This document shows, one piece after another, positions 1-8,500 of a stretch of 24,000 bases of DNA. Position 1 is the stretch's first letter, and each line of letters starts with the position of its first letter. Under the pieces are notes generated by a model. The model saw only the letters and a list, made by a program, of their open reading frames with translations, had not been told where the DNA came from and did not search any database. The position numbers and the translations under genes were made by a program. Origin of the DNA: Salinivirgaceae bacterium (lineage in GTDB: Bacteria > Bacteroidota > Bacteroidia > Bacteroidales > SZUA-534). Location of the stretch: contig JAFYYA010000087.1 in assembly GCA_017557785.1 (NCBI GenBank), positions 1-24,000 of the forward strand, in the 5' to 3' direction.

Positions 1-1110
1 GACGACGAGGACGAAGAGCAGGGAAAAGCCATTCTTCCGAAACTTGCTGTCGGACAGGCGCTCGATTACAACAATATCACGGCCAGCCAGCGTTACTCGC
101 AGCACCAGCCGCGCTACACCGAGGCAACATTGGTGCGCAAATTGGAAGAATTGGGCATTGGTCGTCCATCTACTTATGCACCAACCATTTCCACAATCCA
201 GAACCGCGAGTATGTGGTTAAGGAAGACCGCCCAGGTTCAGAGCGTAAATATGAGGTTCTGACGCTGAAGTCGGGCAAAATCAAGGCCGAAATCAAGACC
301 GAGAACTATGGTGTTGAAAAGGGCAAACTCTTCCCAACCGATATAGGTATGATTGTCAACGACTATTTGGTTGAGTGCTTTCCATCAATTCTCGACTACA
401 ACTTCACTGCTGAAGTTGAGAAGGAATTCGACGATATTGCAGAAGGCAAAATGGTGTGGTACAAGATGATAGACGAGTTCTACCATCCGTTCCACGACAC
501 AATAAACCGCGCTCTCGAGGTTACGGGGCGCAAAAACGGCGAGCGTGTTTTGGGTGTTCATCCCGAAAGCGGCAAGCCTGTGATTGTCAAGATTGGCCGC
601 TACGGCCCAATGGCGCAGATTGGCGACGGCGAGAACGACGAGAAGCCGCAGTTCGCATCGCTTCATCGCGACCAGCACATCGAGACTATCACTCTCGAGG
701 AAGTTCTCGACCTGTTCAAACTGCCGCGCCAAATTGGTGAGTATGAAGGCAAAACAGTTACTGTGGCCATTGGCCGTTTCGGTCCGTATGTGCGCCACAA
801 CAACTCGTTCTACTCGCTCAAACGCAATGTCGACGACCCGTACACCGTTACGCTCGAGCGCGCCATCGAACTCATCAACGAGAAGCGCGAGGCCGAAAAG
901 AACAAGGTGATTAACGTTTTCGAAGGCAAAGACGGTCAGATTCAGGTACTTAACGGATTCTACGGTCCTTACATCGCCTTCGACGGCAAGAACTACCGCA
1001 TCGCCAAAGGCACCGATGCCAAAGCGTTGACAGTGACTGATTGCGAGGAGATTATCAAAAACAGCGTTGACAAACCCGCCAAAAAGCGTGTCAGCAAGAA
1101 AACGAAATGA
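1..1110 (+). CDS. topA: DNA topoisomerase I, C-terminal part (5' end lies outside the window)
   Basis: Frame 1 is open from base 1. The translation ...RYTEATLVRKLEELGIGRPSTYAPTISTIQNREYV carries the conserved type IA topoisomerase GIGRPSTYA motif. Three C-terminal G(R/F)(Y/F)GP repeats follow (IGRYGPMAQ, IGRFGPYVR, NGFYGPYIA), then a Lys-rich tail. Stop at 1108-1110. Confidence 0.92.
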   Translation, partial: DDEDEEQGKAILPKLAVGQALDYNNITASQRYSQHQPRYTEATLVRKLEELGIGRPSTYAPTISTIQNREYVVKEDRPGSERKYEVLTLKSGKIKAEIKTENYGVEKGKLFPTDIGMIVNDYLVECFPSILDYNFTAEVEKEFDDIAEGKMVWYKMIDEFYHPFHDTINRALEVTGRKNGERVLGVHPESGKPVIVKIGRYGPMAQIGDGENDEKPQFASLHRDQHIETITLEEVLDLFKLPRQIGEYEGKTVTVAIGRFGPYVRHNNSFYSLKRNVDDPYTVTLERAIELINEKREAEKNKVINVFEGKDGQIQVLNGFYGPYIAFDGKNYRIAKGTDAKALTVTDCEEIIKNSVDKPAKKRVSKKTK

Positions 1111-2258
1111 TACTCAACAGCGACATAGCGCAGTATCTTGACACCCGCCGCCCCGACAATCTGAAGCAGTTCAGCAGTCTCGAAGGTTTTTTAGGCAGTC
1201 AGCTTTACGGCGAAGTCGATTTGCAGAAGTCTGTTGATGTGCAAGTTGCCATCATCGGCATCGACGAGACTCGCAACGCCTATCCGATGCCATACGCTGC
1301 AAAAGCCGATAACGTGCGCTATTGGCTTTATCAGTTGGCGGCCTTCAGCAACCTTAAAATCGCCGATTTCGGCAACCTGATTTTGGGCAACAACGTGGCC
1401 GACACCTATTCTGCAGTCAGCTATCTCACCGAATCGTTAGTCAAAAGTGGAATTATACCTATATATATAGGTGGCTCTCACGATTTGACACGGCCGATTG
1501 TCGAAGGACTTTGGAAAGCGCAAGGCAAGATAGAAATCGGGCTCATCGATTCGTGTTTCGATATTATTGACAGCGCCAACACTACATCGCGCTCGTATCT
1601 GCTTGACATTCTGCGGATACACACGGGCAGCGTGCAGTGCAATTTGATTGGCAACCAGATCTATCTTACATCGCAAAGCCAGTCCGATTTGCTCGATGAG
1701 TACAGCATCGACAAATACCGTTTGGGCGCCGTGCGGAACGACATCAACTGCCTTGAGCCAGTCTTACGCGACTGTGATTTTGTCTCGTTCGATGCCAGTG
1801 CCGTCCGTCAGGCCGATATGCCTGCCGCTCATCAGCCGAGCCCCAACGGCCTTTACACCGAGGAAGCGTGCCAACTGGCTAATTTTGCTGGTGTCAGCGA
1901 CCGCTCGAAAGCTTTCGGCATTTTCGAACTCGTTTCACGGAACACTCCGATGGAGATGTCGGCGCACCTGACCGCGCAAATAATTTGGCATTATATATAT
2001 GGTGTGTCGCAACGCGAAAACGACTATCCGGCATGCAATTTCGACAACTATAAAAAGATTTTTGTCAAGTTAGAAGCCCCAAATACGAGCCTTGTTTTCT
2101 ATCAAAACCCCAAAAACAACCGTTTTTGGATGGAAATTTCTCAAAAAAACAATAAAGGCAGTGTTGTGGTCTCTTGCTCAAAAGCCGACTATATGGCATT
2201 GGTTAATAATGAAATACCAGAGCGAATCAAAAAAGCTTTTGTGCGATACGGCATATGA
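1107..2258 (+). CDS. Arginase/formiminoglutamase-fold (ureohydrolase family) protein, probably non-catalytic, with a C-terminal extension
   Basis: 383-aa ORF whose ATG overlaps the topA stop (ATGA at 1107-1110). It shows the family layout: VAIIGIDE..., IPIYIGGSHDLT (compare GGDHS), GLIDSCFDI (compare DAHxD), FVSFDASAV (compare SxDxD), GIFELVS (compare DxxE). Several canonical Mn ligands are substituted. The family call comes from motif order recognised by eye, not from a search. Confidence 0.55.
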   Translation: MILNSDIAQYLDTRRPDNLKQFSSLEGFLGSQLYGEVDLQKSVDVQVAIIGIDETRNAYPMPYAAKADNVRYWLYQLAAFSNLKIADFGNLILGNNVADTYSAVSYLTESLVKSGIIPIYIGGSHDLTRPIVEGLWKAQGKIEIGLIDSCFDIIDSANTTSRSYLLDILRIHTGSVQCNLIGNQIYLTSQSQSDLLDEYSIDKYRLGAVRNDINCLEPVLRDCDFVSFDASAVRQADMPAAHQPSPNGLYTEEACQLANFAGVSDRSKAFGIFELVSRNTPMEMSAHLTAQIIWHYIYGVSQRENDYPACNFDNYKKIFVKLEAPNTSLVFYQNPKNNRFWMEISQKNNKGSVVVSCSKADYMALVNNEIPERIKKAFVRYGI

Positions 2259-2364
2259 AAAAGGGCGTTAGTGTAAATATTAACAGCAAATTGTTAATTG
2301 CAATTATTGTTTGTGGATTTTTTATTTACTTTTAGGCCCATTCTACAGAGTAGTGAATGAATAT

Positions 2365-3318
2365 ATGAATTGTCGACGTCTATTGACGATAGTATTGGTA
2401 ACACTTGCTTCGGTTGCGAGCGGTCAAACAGAGAACTTTTCCAGCCTGAGCATGTTCAATTATATGTACTACAACCCGGGTTACGCGGGTGACGGCAATG
2501 AGATAGAGGCAAGGGGGCTGGTGCGGAACCAGTGGATGGGTTTTGAGGGTGCACCCCAGACTCAGACCTTCAGTATCGACGCCCCTTTTAAGTTGTTTGG
2601 CATAAGGAATGGTGCGGGTTTGACGATTATTAACGACGAAATTGGAAATTTTCAAAACATTGGTTTGAATTTTTCGTATGCATATAGACGTCAAATGTTG
2701 CAAGGTGAAGTTGGTTTTGGCGCAGGCTTGAGCATGACAAACCAGTCGTTCAAGGGCTCATGGATCTTCCCCGATGGTGGTGCGAATGACCCCTGGGTGC
2801 CGCAGAACACTGAAGACAAGCCTATGTTCTTTGACATGAATCTCGGATTCTATTATAGTTCCGAAAATGTGTATTTGAGTTGTTCGATGCGCAACTTGTT
2901 GCAGTCGCAAATCAAATATACATCGACAGCGGCAGGCGAAGAAGTGAAATCGTCGTACTTTGCAAGGCAACTGTTTGTGGGAGCGGGTTACGAATATCAA
3001 TTGACCAACCCATTGTTCACCATCAAACCAAACCTTTTCATCGCTACGGATTTCGCCACAACAACCTTCTCGCTGTCAGGAATTTTGACTTATAACGAAA
3101 AATTCTACGGAGGCGTGGCCTACAAGCCCATCGATGCGATATCATTCTTAGCAGGATTGTCGCTTCCATCGGGCATCGAAGTTGCGGTTTCCTACGATTT
3201 AACCACGAGCGGTATAATAAATTACAGCCATGGTTCGTTAGAGTTTATGATTGGATATTCATTTAGTTTAGACAAGGATAAGGACAATCGAAAATATAAG
3301 AGCGTTCGATTCCTATAA
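2365..3318 (+). CDS. porP: Type IX secretion system membrane protein, PorP/SprF family
   Basis: The ATG at 2365 gives the signal peptide MNCRRLLTIVLVTLASVASGQ. The N-terminal region FNYMYYNPGYAG...RNQWMGFEGAPQTQTFSIDAP...GAGL matches the PorP/SprF signature (NPA-AG ... R-QW-G-EGAP-T). It lies immediately upstream of gldK, as porP does in Porphyromonas. The ORF track's TTG start at 2311 is less likely. Confidence 0.85.
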   Translation: MNCRRLLTIVLVTLASVASGQTENFSSLSMFNYMYYNPGYAGDGNEIEARGLVRNQWMGFEGAPQTQTFSIDAPFKLFGIRNGAGLTIINDEIGNFQNIGLNFSYAYRRQMLQGEVGFGAGLSMTNQSFKGSWIFPDGGANDPWVPQNTEDKPMFFDMNLGFYYSSENVYLSCSMRNLLQSQIKYTSTAAGEEVKSSYFARQLFVGAGYEYQLTNPLFTIKPNLFIATDFATTTFSLSGILTYNEKFYGGVAYKPIDAISFLAGLSLPSGIEVAVSYDLTTSGIINYSHGSLEFMIGYSFSLDKDKDNRKYKSVRFL

Positions 3319-3379
3319 TTATTTGGATTTTTATTTTTTTTTATGACTTTTATTGTGTGAAAACAAATACAGTTGGGAT

Positions 3380-4756
3380 ATGAAAAAATTAACTTATTTG
3401 AGTGTTGTATTGCTCATAATTTCAGGCTGTTCCACAGGTGGGAACGGAGAACTGATAGGTGTGCAGGATAGAAACCCTAACTACAGTGCGCCACCATTTG
3501 GCATGGTTTTAGTGCCAAAAGGCAGTTATCGTATGGGTCCAAGCGATCAGGATGTGCCTTGGGCAACAACAGCACAATCAAAAACTGTTTCGGTTCCGGC
3601 ATTCTGGATGGACGAGACCGAAATAACCAACAACGAGTACCGTCAGTTCGTTTATTGGGTACGCGACTCATTGGCTTACAGACTGTTAGGCGAGCAGATT
3701 GACGCATACCTGATTTCGGAAGACCAATATGGTGAGCCAATCGACCCACCGTTTATCAATTGGGAAGAGCCCATCAACTGGTCAGGCGAGGAAGAGAAGA
3801 CCATTCTCGAAGATTTGTACTATCCTGAGCACGAACGTTTCTTCCGTCATCGTGACATCGATACACGCAAATTAGTTTACGACTATTTCTGGATTGATTT
3901 CAAGCAAGCTGCACAAAAGTTTACATTCGAAAACGAGGCACGTCGTCACTATAACTACAAAACAGGTCAGTACGATGGCGAGATTTTCAATCTTGAAGGA
4001 AAACGCGTTCCAATCAAAGACCGTTCGTCTTTCATTATGCATGACAAAGTTCATGTATATCCCGATACATTGTGCTGGATAGGCGATTTCTCATATTCCT
4101 ACAACGAGCCTATGACTTCAATGTATTTCTGGTCACCTTCTTACGACAACTACCCTGTTGTGGGCGTAACTTGGAAGCAGGCATCAGCATTCTGCATTTG
4201 GAGAACACAATTATTGAATAACTATTTGGTTACTGTTGGGCAGACATTCGAGCAAGATTATAGATTGCCGATTGAAGGCGAATGGGAATATGCAGCCCGT
4301 GGTGGTAACGATTTGGCTGTTTATCCTTGGGGCGGTCCTTACACTCGTAATGACAAAGGTTGCTTCCTTGCAAACTTCAAGCCACTTCGTGGTGATTACC
4401 TTGACGATGGTGGCATGTACACAGTAGAGGTTGCCATTTACGAAGCCAACGACTTTGGTTTGTATGACATGGCAGGTAATGTGGCAGAATGGACAAGCTC
4501 AGCATTCGACGAGAGCGCTTACTCATTCACTCACGATTTAAGCCCTGACTACAAATTCAATGCTCTGCCCGACGACCTTCCGGTAATGAAGAGAAAAGTT
4601 GTCCGTGGTGGTTCGTGGAAAGATATTGCATATTATTTGCAGAATGGTACGAGAACTTACGAGTATCAGGATTCTGCCAAATCATATATCGGTTTCCGTT
4701 GCGTAAGAACTTATATGGGACCTGACGAAACAGGAGCAACATCAAAAGTGTATTGA
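3380..4756 (+). CDS. gldK: T9SS/gliding lipoprotein GldK/PorK (FGE-sulfatase/SUMF1-like fold)
   Basis: The ATG at 3380 gives MKKLTYLSVVLLIISGCS, a lipoprotein signal with a lipobox Cys. SUMF1/FGE-type motifs are present: YRLPIEGEWEYAARGG, DMAGNVAEWT, RGGSW, GFRCV. Size (458 aa) and position first in the gldKLMN order fit. Confidence 0.9.
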   Translation: MKKLTYLSVVLLIISGCSTGGNGELIGVQDRNPNYSAPPFGMVLVPKGSYRMGPSDQDVPWATTAQSKTVSVPAFWMDETEITNNEYRQFVYWVRDSLAYRLLGEQIDAYLISEDQYGEPIDPPFINWEEPINWSGEEEKTILEDLYYPEHERFFRHRDIDTRKLVYDYFWIDFKQAAQKFTFENEARRHYNYKTGQYDGEIFNLEGKRVPIKDRSSFIMHDKVHVYPDTLCWIGDFSYSYNEPMTSMYFWSPSYDNYPVVGVTWKQASAFCIWRTQLLNNYLVTVGQTFEQDYRLPIEGEWEYAARGGNDLAVYPWGGPYTRNDKGCFLANFKPLRGDYLDDGGMYTVEVAIYEANDFGLYDMAGNVAEWTSSAFDESAYSFTHDLSPDYKFNALPDDLPVMKRKVVRGGSWKDIAYYLQNGTRTYEYQDSAKSYIGFRCVRTYMGPDETGATSKVY

Positions 4757-4802
4757 TTATAAAAACTAAAAACTAGTAACTAATTTAAATTCGAATAAAA
4801 TT

Positions 4803-5846
4803 ATGAGTATTGCCGAATTAACCCAAAGTAGGGGGTACAAAAACTTCATGAAGTATGTGTATGGATGGGGTGCATCAATCGTGTTAGTTGGTGCGTTGTT
4901 CAAAATCCAGCACTATCCGGGCGCATCAATAATGTTGATCGTCGGCCTTTTGACTGAGGCCTTAATCTTCTTCTTCTCAGCATTCGAACCACTAGCAGAA
5001 GAATTGGACTGGACATTGGTATTCCCGCAATTGGCCGGTTTGGAAGATGATGATGAAGATCCGGCTGCTGCAAGACCAAAACGTAATTTCGACCGAGTAC
5101 AAGACCTTCCTGTTGGAGGTGGTGTTAGCGGTGGCGGTGTTGCTGCTGGCGGTAATGCTGTTTCAGGTGGTGCCCCAGTTCAAGGCGGTGGTGTTGTCTA
5201 TGCTGGCGGTAGCGGTTCTGCTTTGGCCAAATTCGACGAGATGATTGAAAAAGCCGAAATCACCCCAGGAATGTTTGAAAAACTTGGCAAGGGCTTGGCT
5301 AACCTTAATAAGACAATCGACCAGATGGGCGCAACAGTTGACGCAAGCGTTGCTACTCAAGACTTTGTAACAAAAGTTAAAGCCGCTTCTGATTCTGTAT
5401 CGGGCTTGGGTGACGCTTACAAGAAATCAACCGAGGCTCTGTCGGCATCTGTTGGTTTGCTGTCAGACTCTTATGCTAGTTCGGCTCAATCGTTCAATCA
5501 GGCAAACAGCCAGGTTGCAGAGGCATACTCACAATTTGCAAATAAACTCACTGGCGAGTTGAATTCTGTTGGCGATTTGGGTACCGAGTATGTTCAGAAA
5601 CTGGGTGGCTTGAACAAGAACTTGTCAGCGCTGAATTCGGTTTACGAATTGCAGCTTGATAATATGAACAAGCAAGTTGAATCATCGAAAGAGTGCATCA
5701 CCGGATTCGGCAGCATGCTTGAAAATATGAATCAAACTGTTGAGAACACGAAGAAACTGAACCAAGGTGTTCAACTTTTGGAGCAGAATGTCGCATCATT
5801 GAACAATGTTTACGGCAACATGCTTTCATCATTGAATATTAAGTAA
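4803..5846 (+). CDS. gldL: T9SS/gliding motor protein GldL/PorL
   Basis: Two N-terminal TM helices (GWGASIVLVGALFKI, SIMLIVGLLTEALIFFFSAFEP), including the conserved TM2 glutamate (E52 here). The C-terminus LNSVYELQLDN...LNNVYGNMLSSL is typical of GldL. Its position between gldK and gldM fits. Confidence 0.87.
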   Translation: MSIAELTQSRGYKNFMKYVYGWGASIVLVGALFKIQHYPGASIMLIVGLLTEALIFFFSAFEPLAEELDWTLVFPQLAGLEDDDEDPAAARPKRNFDRVQDLPVGGGVSGGGVAAGGNAVSGGAPVQGGGVVYAGGSGSALAKFDEMIEKAEITPGMFEKLGKGLANLNKTIDQMGATVDASVATQDFVTKVKAASDSVSGLGDAYKKSTEALSASVGLLSDSYASSAQSFNQANSQVAEAYSQFANKLTGELNSVGDLGTEYVQKLGGLNKNLSALNSVYELQLDNMNKQVESSKECITGFGSMLENMNQTVENTKKLNQGVQLLEQNVASLNNVYGNMLSSLNIK

Positions 5847-5863
5847 TTAAAGAATAAGAAATT

Positions 5864-7474
5864 ATGGGTCACGGCAAGGAAACGCCTAGGCAACAAATGA
5901 TTGGCCTGATGTACTTGTTCTTAACATGTATGTTGGCTTTGAACGTATCGAAAGACGTATTGGATTCTTTTGTGCTTGTCAGTGAGAGTTTGAATAAAAC
6001 CGTTGAGAACTACAAAACCAAAAACCAAAAGGTCTATGATGAGTTTGAGAAGCAACTGACAATCAACGAGAACAAAGTTAGACCTTGGAAGGATAAGGCT
6101 GATGGCTTTAAGGAGTTAACCGATAGCCTTTACAATCTTATCGAGAACTACAAGAAAGGGTTCCTGACTTTGGCAGAAAACAGCAATGTTGAGAATGTAA
6201 TCAAGGGTGATAGGTATGTCATTGATTCGATGAACTCAAAAGACAATATTGATTTTGGTGGTCAGTATTTTATTTTGGAAGGACGCGGCGAGATTCTCAA
6301 AGGCAAATTGAATGAATACAAAGATGCAGCGTTGGCATTGATTCCGGAAAGCGAAATAAGCATAGTTGATGGAATTAAAGGCACGCTGAACACCGATAGC
6401 CACACTGATAAGGAAGGAGCTATTCATACTTGGGAAGCTCGCACCTTTGAGCACATTCCAGCAGTGGCTGATATTGTTATGCTGGACAAGTTGAAAACCG
6501 ACATCAAGAATATTGAAACAGATGTAATCAACTATCTGTTCAAGCAAATCAGTGCCGGCGATTTCAAATTCAACGCATTGTCAGCTACGGTTATTCCGAA
6601 CTCTAACTATGTGATGAGAGGTAATGAGTACACTGCCACAATCTTCCTTGCGGCATTCGACTCAACTCAAGCACCAGAAATATTGGTAGGATCTTACAAA
6701 AAGAATGGTCCTGAGAATTACGAAATGGTTGGTGCTTACGAGACTTTGACCGTAACAGGCGGTAAAGGTGTATACAAGAAAGTAGCATCATCACTTGGTG
6801 AGCGCAAATGGGGTGGTTTGATTCGTATCCCCCGCCCCGATGGCACTGTATCGAGCTATCCATTTGAGGAGGCATATCAAGTGGCAGAGCCAAGTTTGGT
6901 TATCTCGCCGACAAAGATGAACGTATTCTATTATGGTATTGAGAACCCTGTTGCCATTTCGGTTCCTGGTATTCCATCTGACAAGATCAAAGTCAGCATC
7001 CCTGATGGTGGCGCAACCATTAAGAAGGTTGGCAATGGATACGAAGTGAAACCGACAAAACGCAGCGGTACCGTTAATGTGGCTGTTGCAGCTGAGATTG
7101 ATGGCAAAGCAAAGAGCATGGGTAGCATGCTGTTCCGTATCAAAACCATTCCTGAGCCAAAAGCAAAAGTTATGGGTTACAGCAGCGGTACCATAGAAAA
7201 GGCCGTATTGAGCGCAGCCAATGGCATTCAGGCCGATTTGGAGGATTTCGTATTCGATTTGAAGTTCAAAATCACTAAATACACTGTTACAACAGTTGTC
7301 AGTGGCGGTATGACAAAGGAAATCGCTAAAAAAGGCGGTACCTTCGATGCCGAAGTGAAAACTCTGATTAAAGGATTGAAAAATAATGCGAGACTTACTA
7401 TAGAAGATATTGAAGCGGTAGGACCGGATGGTGTTCCACGCTCGTTGTCACCTATAGTGTTTAAGGTTAAATAA
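5864..7474 (+). CDS. gldM: T9SS/gliding motor protein GldM/PorM
   Basis: The N-terminus ETPRQQMIGLMYLFLTCMLALNVSKDVL is the GldM single TM helix with its conserved Arg. At 536 aa it matches a long periplasmic protein. It starts 17 nt after gldL. Confidence 0.87.
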   Translation: MGHGKETPRQQMIGLMYLFLTCMLALNVSKDVLDSFVLVSESLNKTVENYKTKNQKVYDEFEKQLTINENKVRPWKDKADGFKELTDSLYNLIENYKKGFLTLAENSNVENVIKGDRYVIDSMNSKDNIDFGGQYFILEGRGEILKGKLNEYKDAALALIPESEISIVDGIKGTLNTDSHTDKEGAIHTWEARTFEHIPAVADIVMLDKLKTDIKNIETDVINYLFKQISAGDFKFNALSATVIPNSNYVMRGNEYTATIFLAAFDSTQAPEILVGSYKKNGPENYEMVGAYETLTVTGGKGVYKKVASSLGERKWGGLIRIPRPDGTVSSYPFEEAYQVAEPSLVISPTKMNVFYYGIENPVAISVPGIPSDKIKVSIPDGGATIKKVGNGYEVKPTKRSGTVNVAVAAEIDGKAKSMGSMLFRIKTIPEPKAKVMGYSSGTIEKAVLSAANGIQADLEDFVFDLKFKITKYTVTTVVSGGMTKEIAKKGGTFDAEVKTLIKGLKNNARLTIEDIEAVGPDGVPRSLSPIVFKVK

Positions 7475-7487
7475 AAAATTGAAGCGT

Positions 7488-8336
7488 ATGAAAAAGTTAC
7501 TTTTAATACCGGCTCTGTTACTGGGGATGCTCTTCACTTGCAATAATGCAGAAGCGCAGGTTATGGACGACATATATGTGCCGGACCATATTCCAAACAG
7601 GAAACCCATTCCATACAAATATTTGCGTGAAGCTGATGCCATGTATAAGAAACGTGTATGGCGTGTGATTGATTTGCGTGAGAAAATCAATCTTAACCTT
7701 TACTATCCTACAACAAAAATCAACGAGCGCATGAGCCTGATTGACTTATTGCTGATGGGTATCAACAACGAAGGTCTGACTGCATACAGCAACGATGACG
7801 ACCGTTTTACACAGCCAATGGGCCGCTCACAAATTGAGACCAACTTCGGCGCTGTTGAAAAGAATGTTTCTTACACTGACGAAAACGGCGATGAGCAAAC
7901 GCAAACCATCAAAGGTGAGATTAACAGCACCGAGGTAAAGCAATATTGGCTCAAAGAAGACTGGTTCTTCGACCGCAAGCACTCAACCATGGAAGTTCGC
8001 ATTATTGGATTAAGTCCAATTCGATTCTATGTTAAAGACGATGATGGCAGTGAGGATGCTGAGATTCGTAAGTCGATGGTGTTCTGGATTTACTTCCCTG
8101 AAGTTCGCCGTATTCTGGCTGACCACGAAGTGTTCAACAACAACAACGATGCTGAGCGCAGAACATTTGACGATATCTTCTTCAAACGCTATTTCAACAG
8201 TTTCATCGTTAAGGTTTCAAACGTGTACGATGACCGTGGCATATCCGACTACTCACTCGGTATCCAATCATTGCTTGAGGCTGAGGCTTTGAAGAAAAAA
8301 ATTACAGACTACGAGCAAGATTTGTGGGAATACTAA
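7488..8336 (+). CDS. gldN: T9SS/gliding periplasmic ring protein GldN/PorN
   Basis: The ATG at 7488 gives the signal peptide MKKLLLIPALLLGMLFTCNNAEAQ. The internal motif WLKEDWFFDRKHSTMEVRIIGLSP is characteristic of GldN. It is the last gene of the gldKLMN order. The ORF track's TTG at 7479 is less likely. Confidence 0.82.
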   Translation: MKKLLLIPALLLGMLFTCNNAEAQVMDDIYVPDHIPNRKPIPYKYLREADAMYKKRVWRVIDLREKINLNLYYPTTKINERMSLIDLLLMGINNEGLTAYSNDDDRFTQPMGRSQIETNFGAVEKNVSYTDENGDEQTQTIKGEINSTEVKQYWLKEDWFFDRKHSTMEVRIIGLSPIRFYVKDDDGSEDAEIRKSMVFWIYFPEVRRILADHEVFNNNNDAERRTFDDIFFKRYFNSFIVKVSNVYDDRGISDYSLGIQSLLEAEALKKKITDYEQDLWEY

Positions 8337-8360
8337 CTCACAGTTTCTATCGATATAAAA

Positions 8361-8394
8361 GAGCCAGTTCCATTAGGACTGGCTCTTTTGTTTT
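8361..8394 (+). terminator. Rho-independent terminator closing the porP-gldKLMN operon
   Basis: Perfect 8-bp GC-containing stem gagccagt (8361-8368) / actggctc (8378-8385), extendable to 12 bp with flanking A/T pairs. The loop is 9 nt. The T-tract ttttgtttt follows at 8386-8394, 25 nt after the gldN stop. Confidence 0.7.
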
Positions 8395-8500
8395 ATGGCA
8401 TCGTGTAAAAAACGGCTATATAATTAACAAAATCAACAAATAGTAATTATTTTCATGCGGTTTTTGCAAAAGTCTGTTCAAACTATTAAAACGCCAGTAT

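Noticed and set aside
2311-2364. TTG-initiated 5' extensions in the ORF track for porP (2311), gldK (3353) and gldN (7479)
   Set aside because: In each case a downstream in-frame ATG (2365, 3380, 7488) starts directly at a proper signal peptide. The extensions are AT-rich spacer sequence.
4762-4782. Three tandem 7-mers (aaaacta aaaacta gtaacta) in the gldK-gldL spacer
   Set aside because: Very short and A-rich. This fits the unstructured A/T-rich translation-initiation regions usual in Bacteroidota. No evidence of a discrete element.
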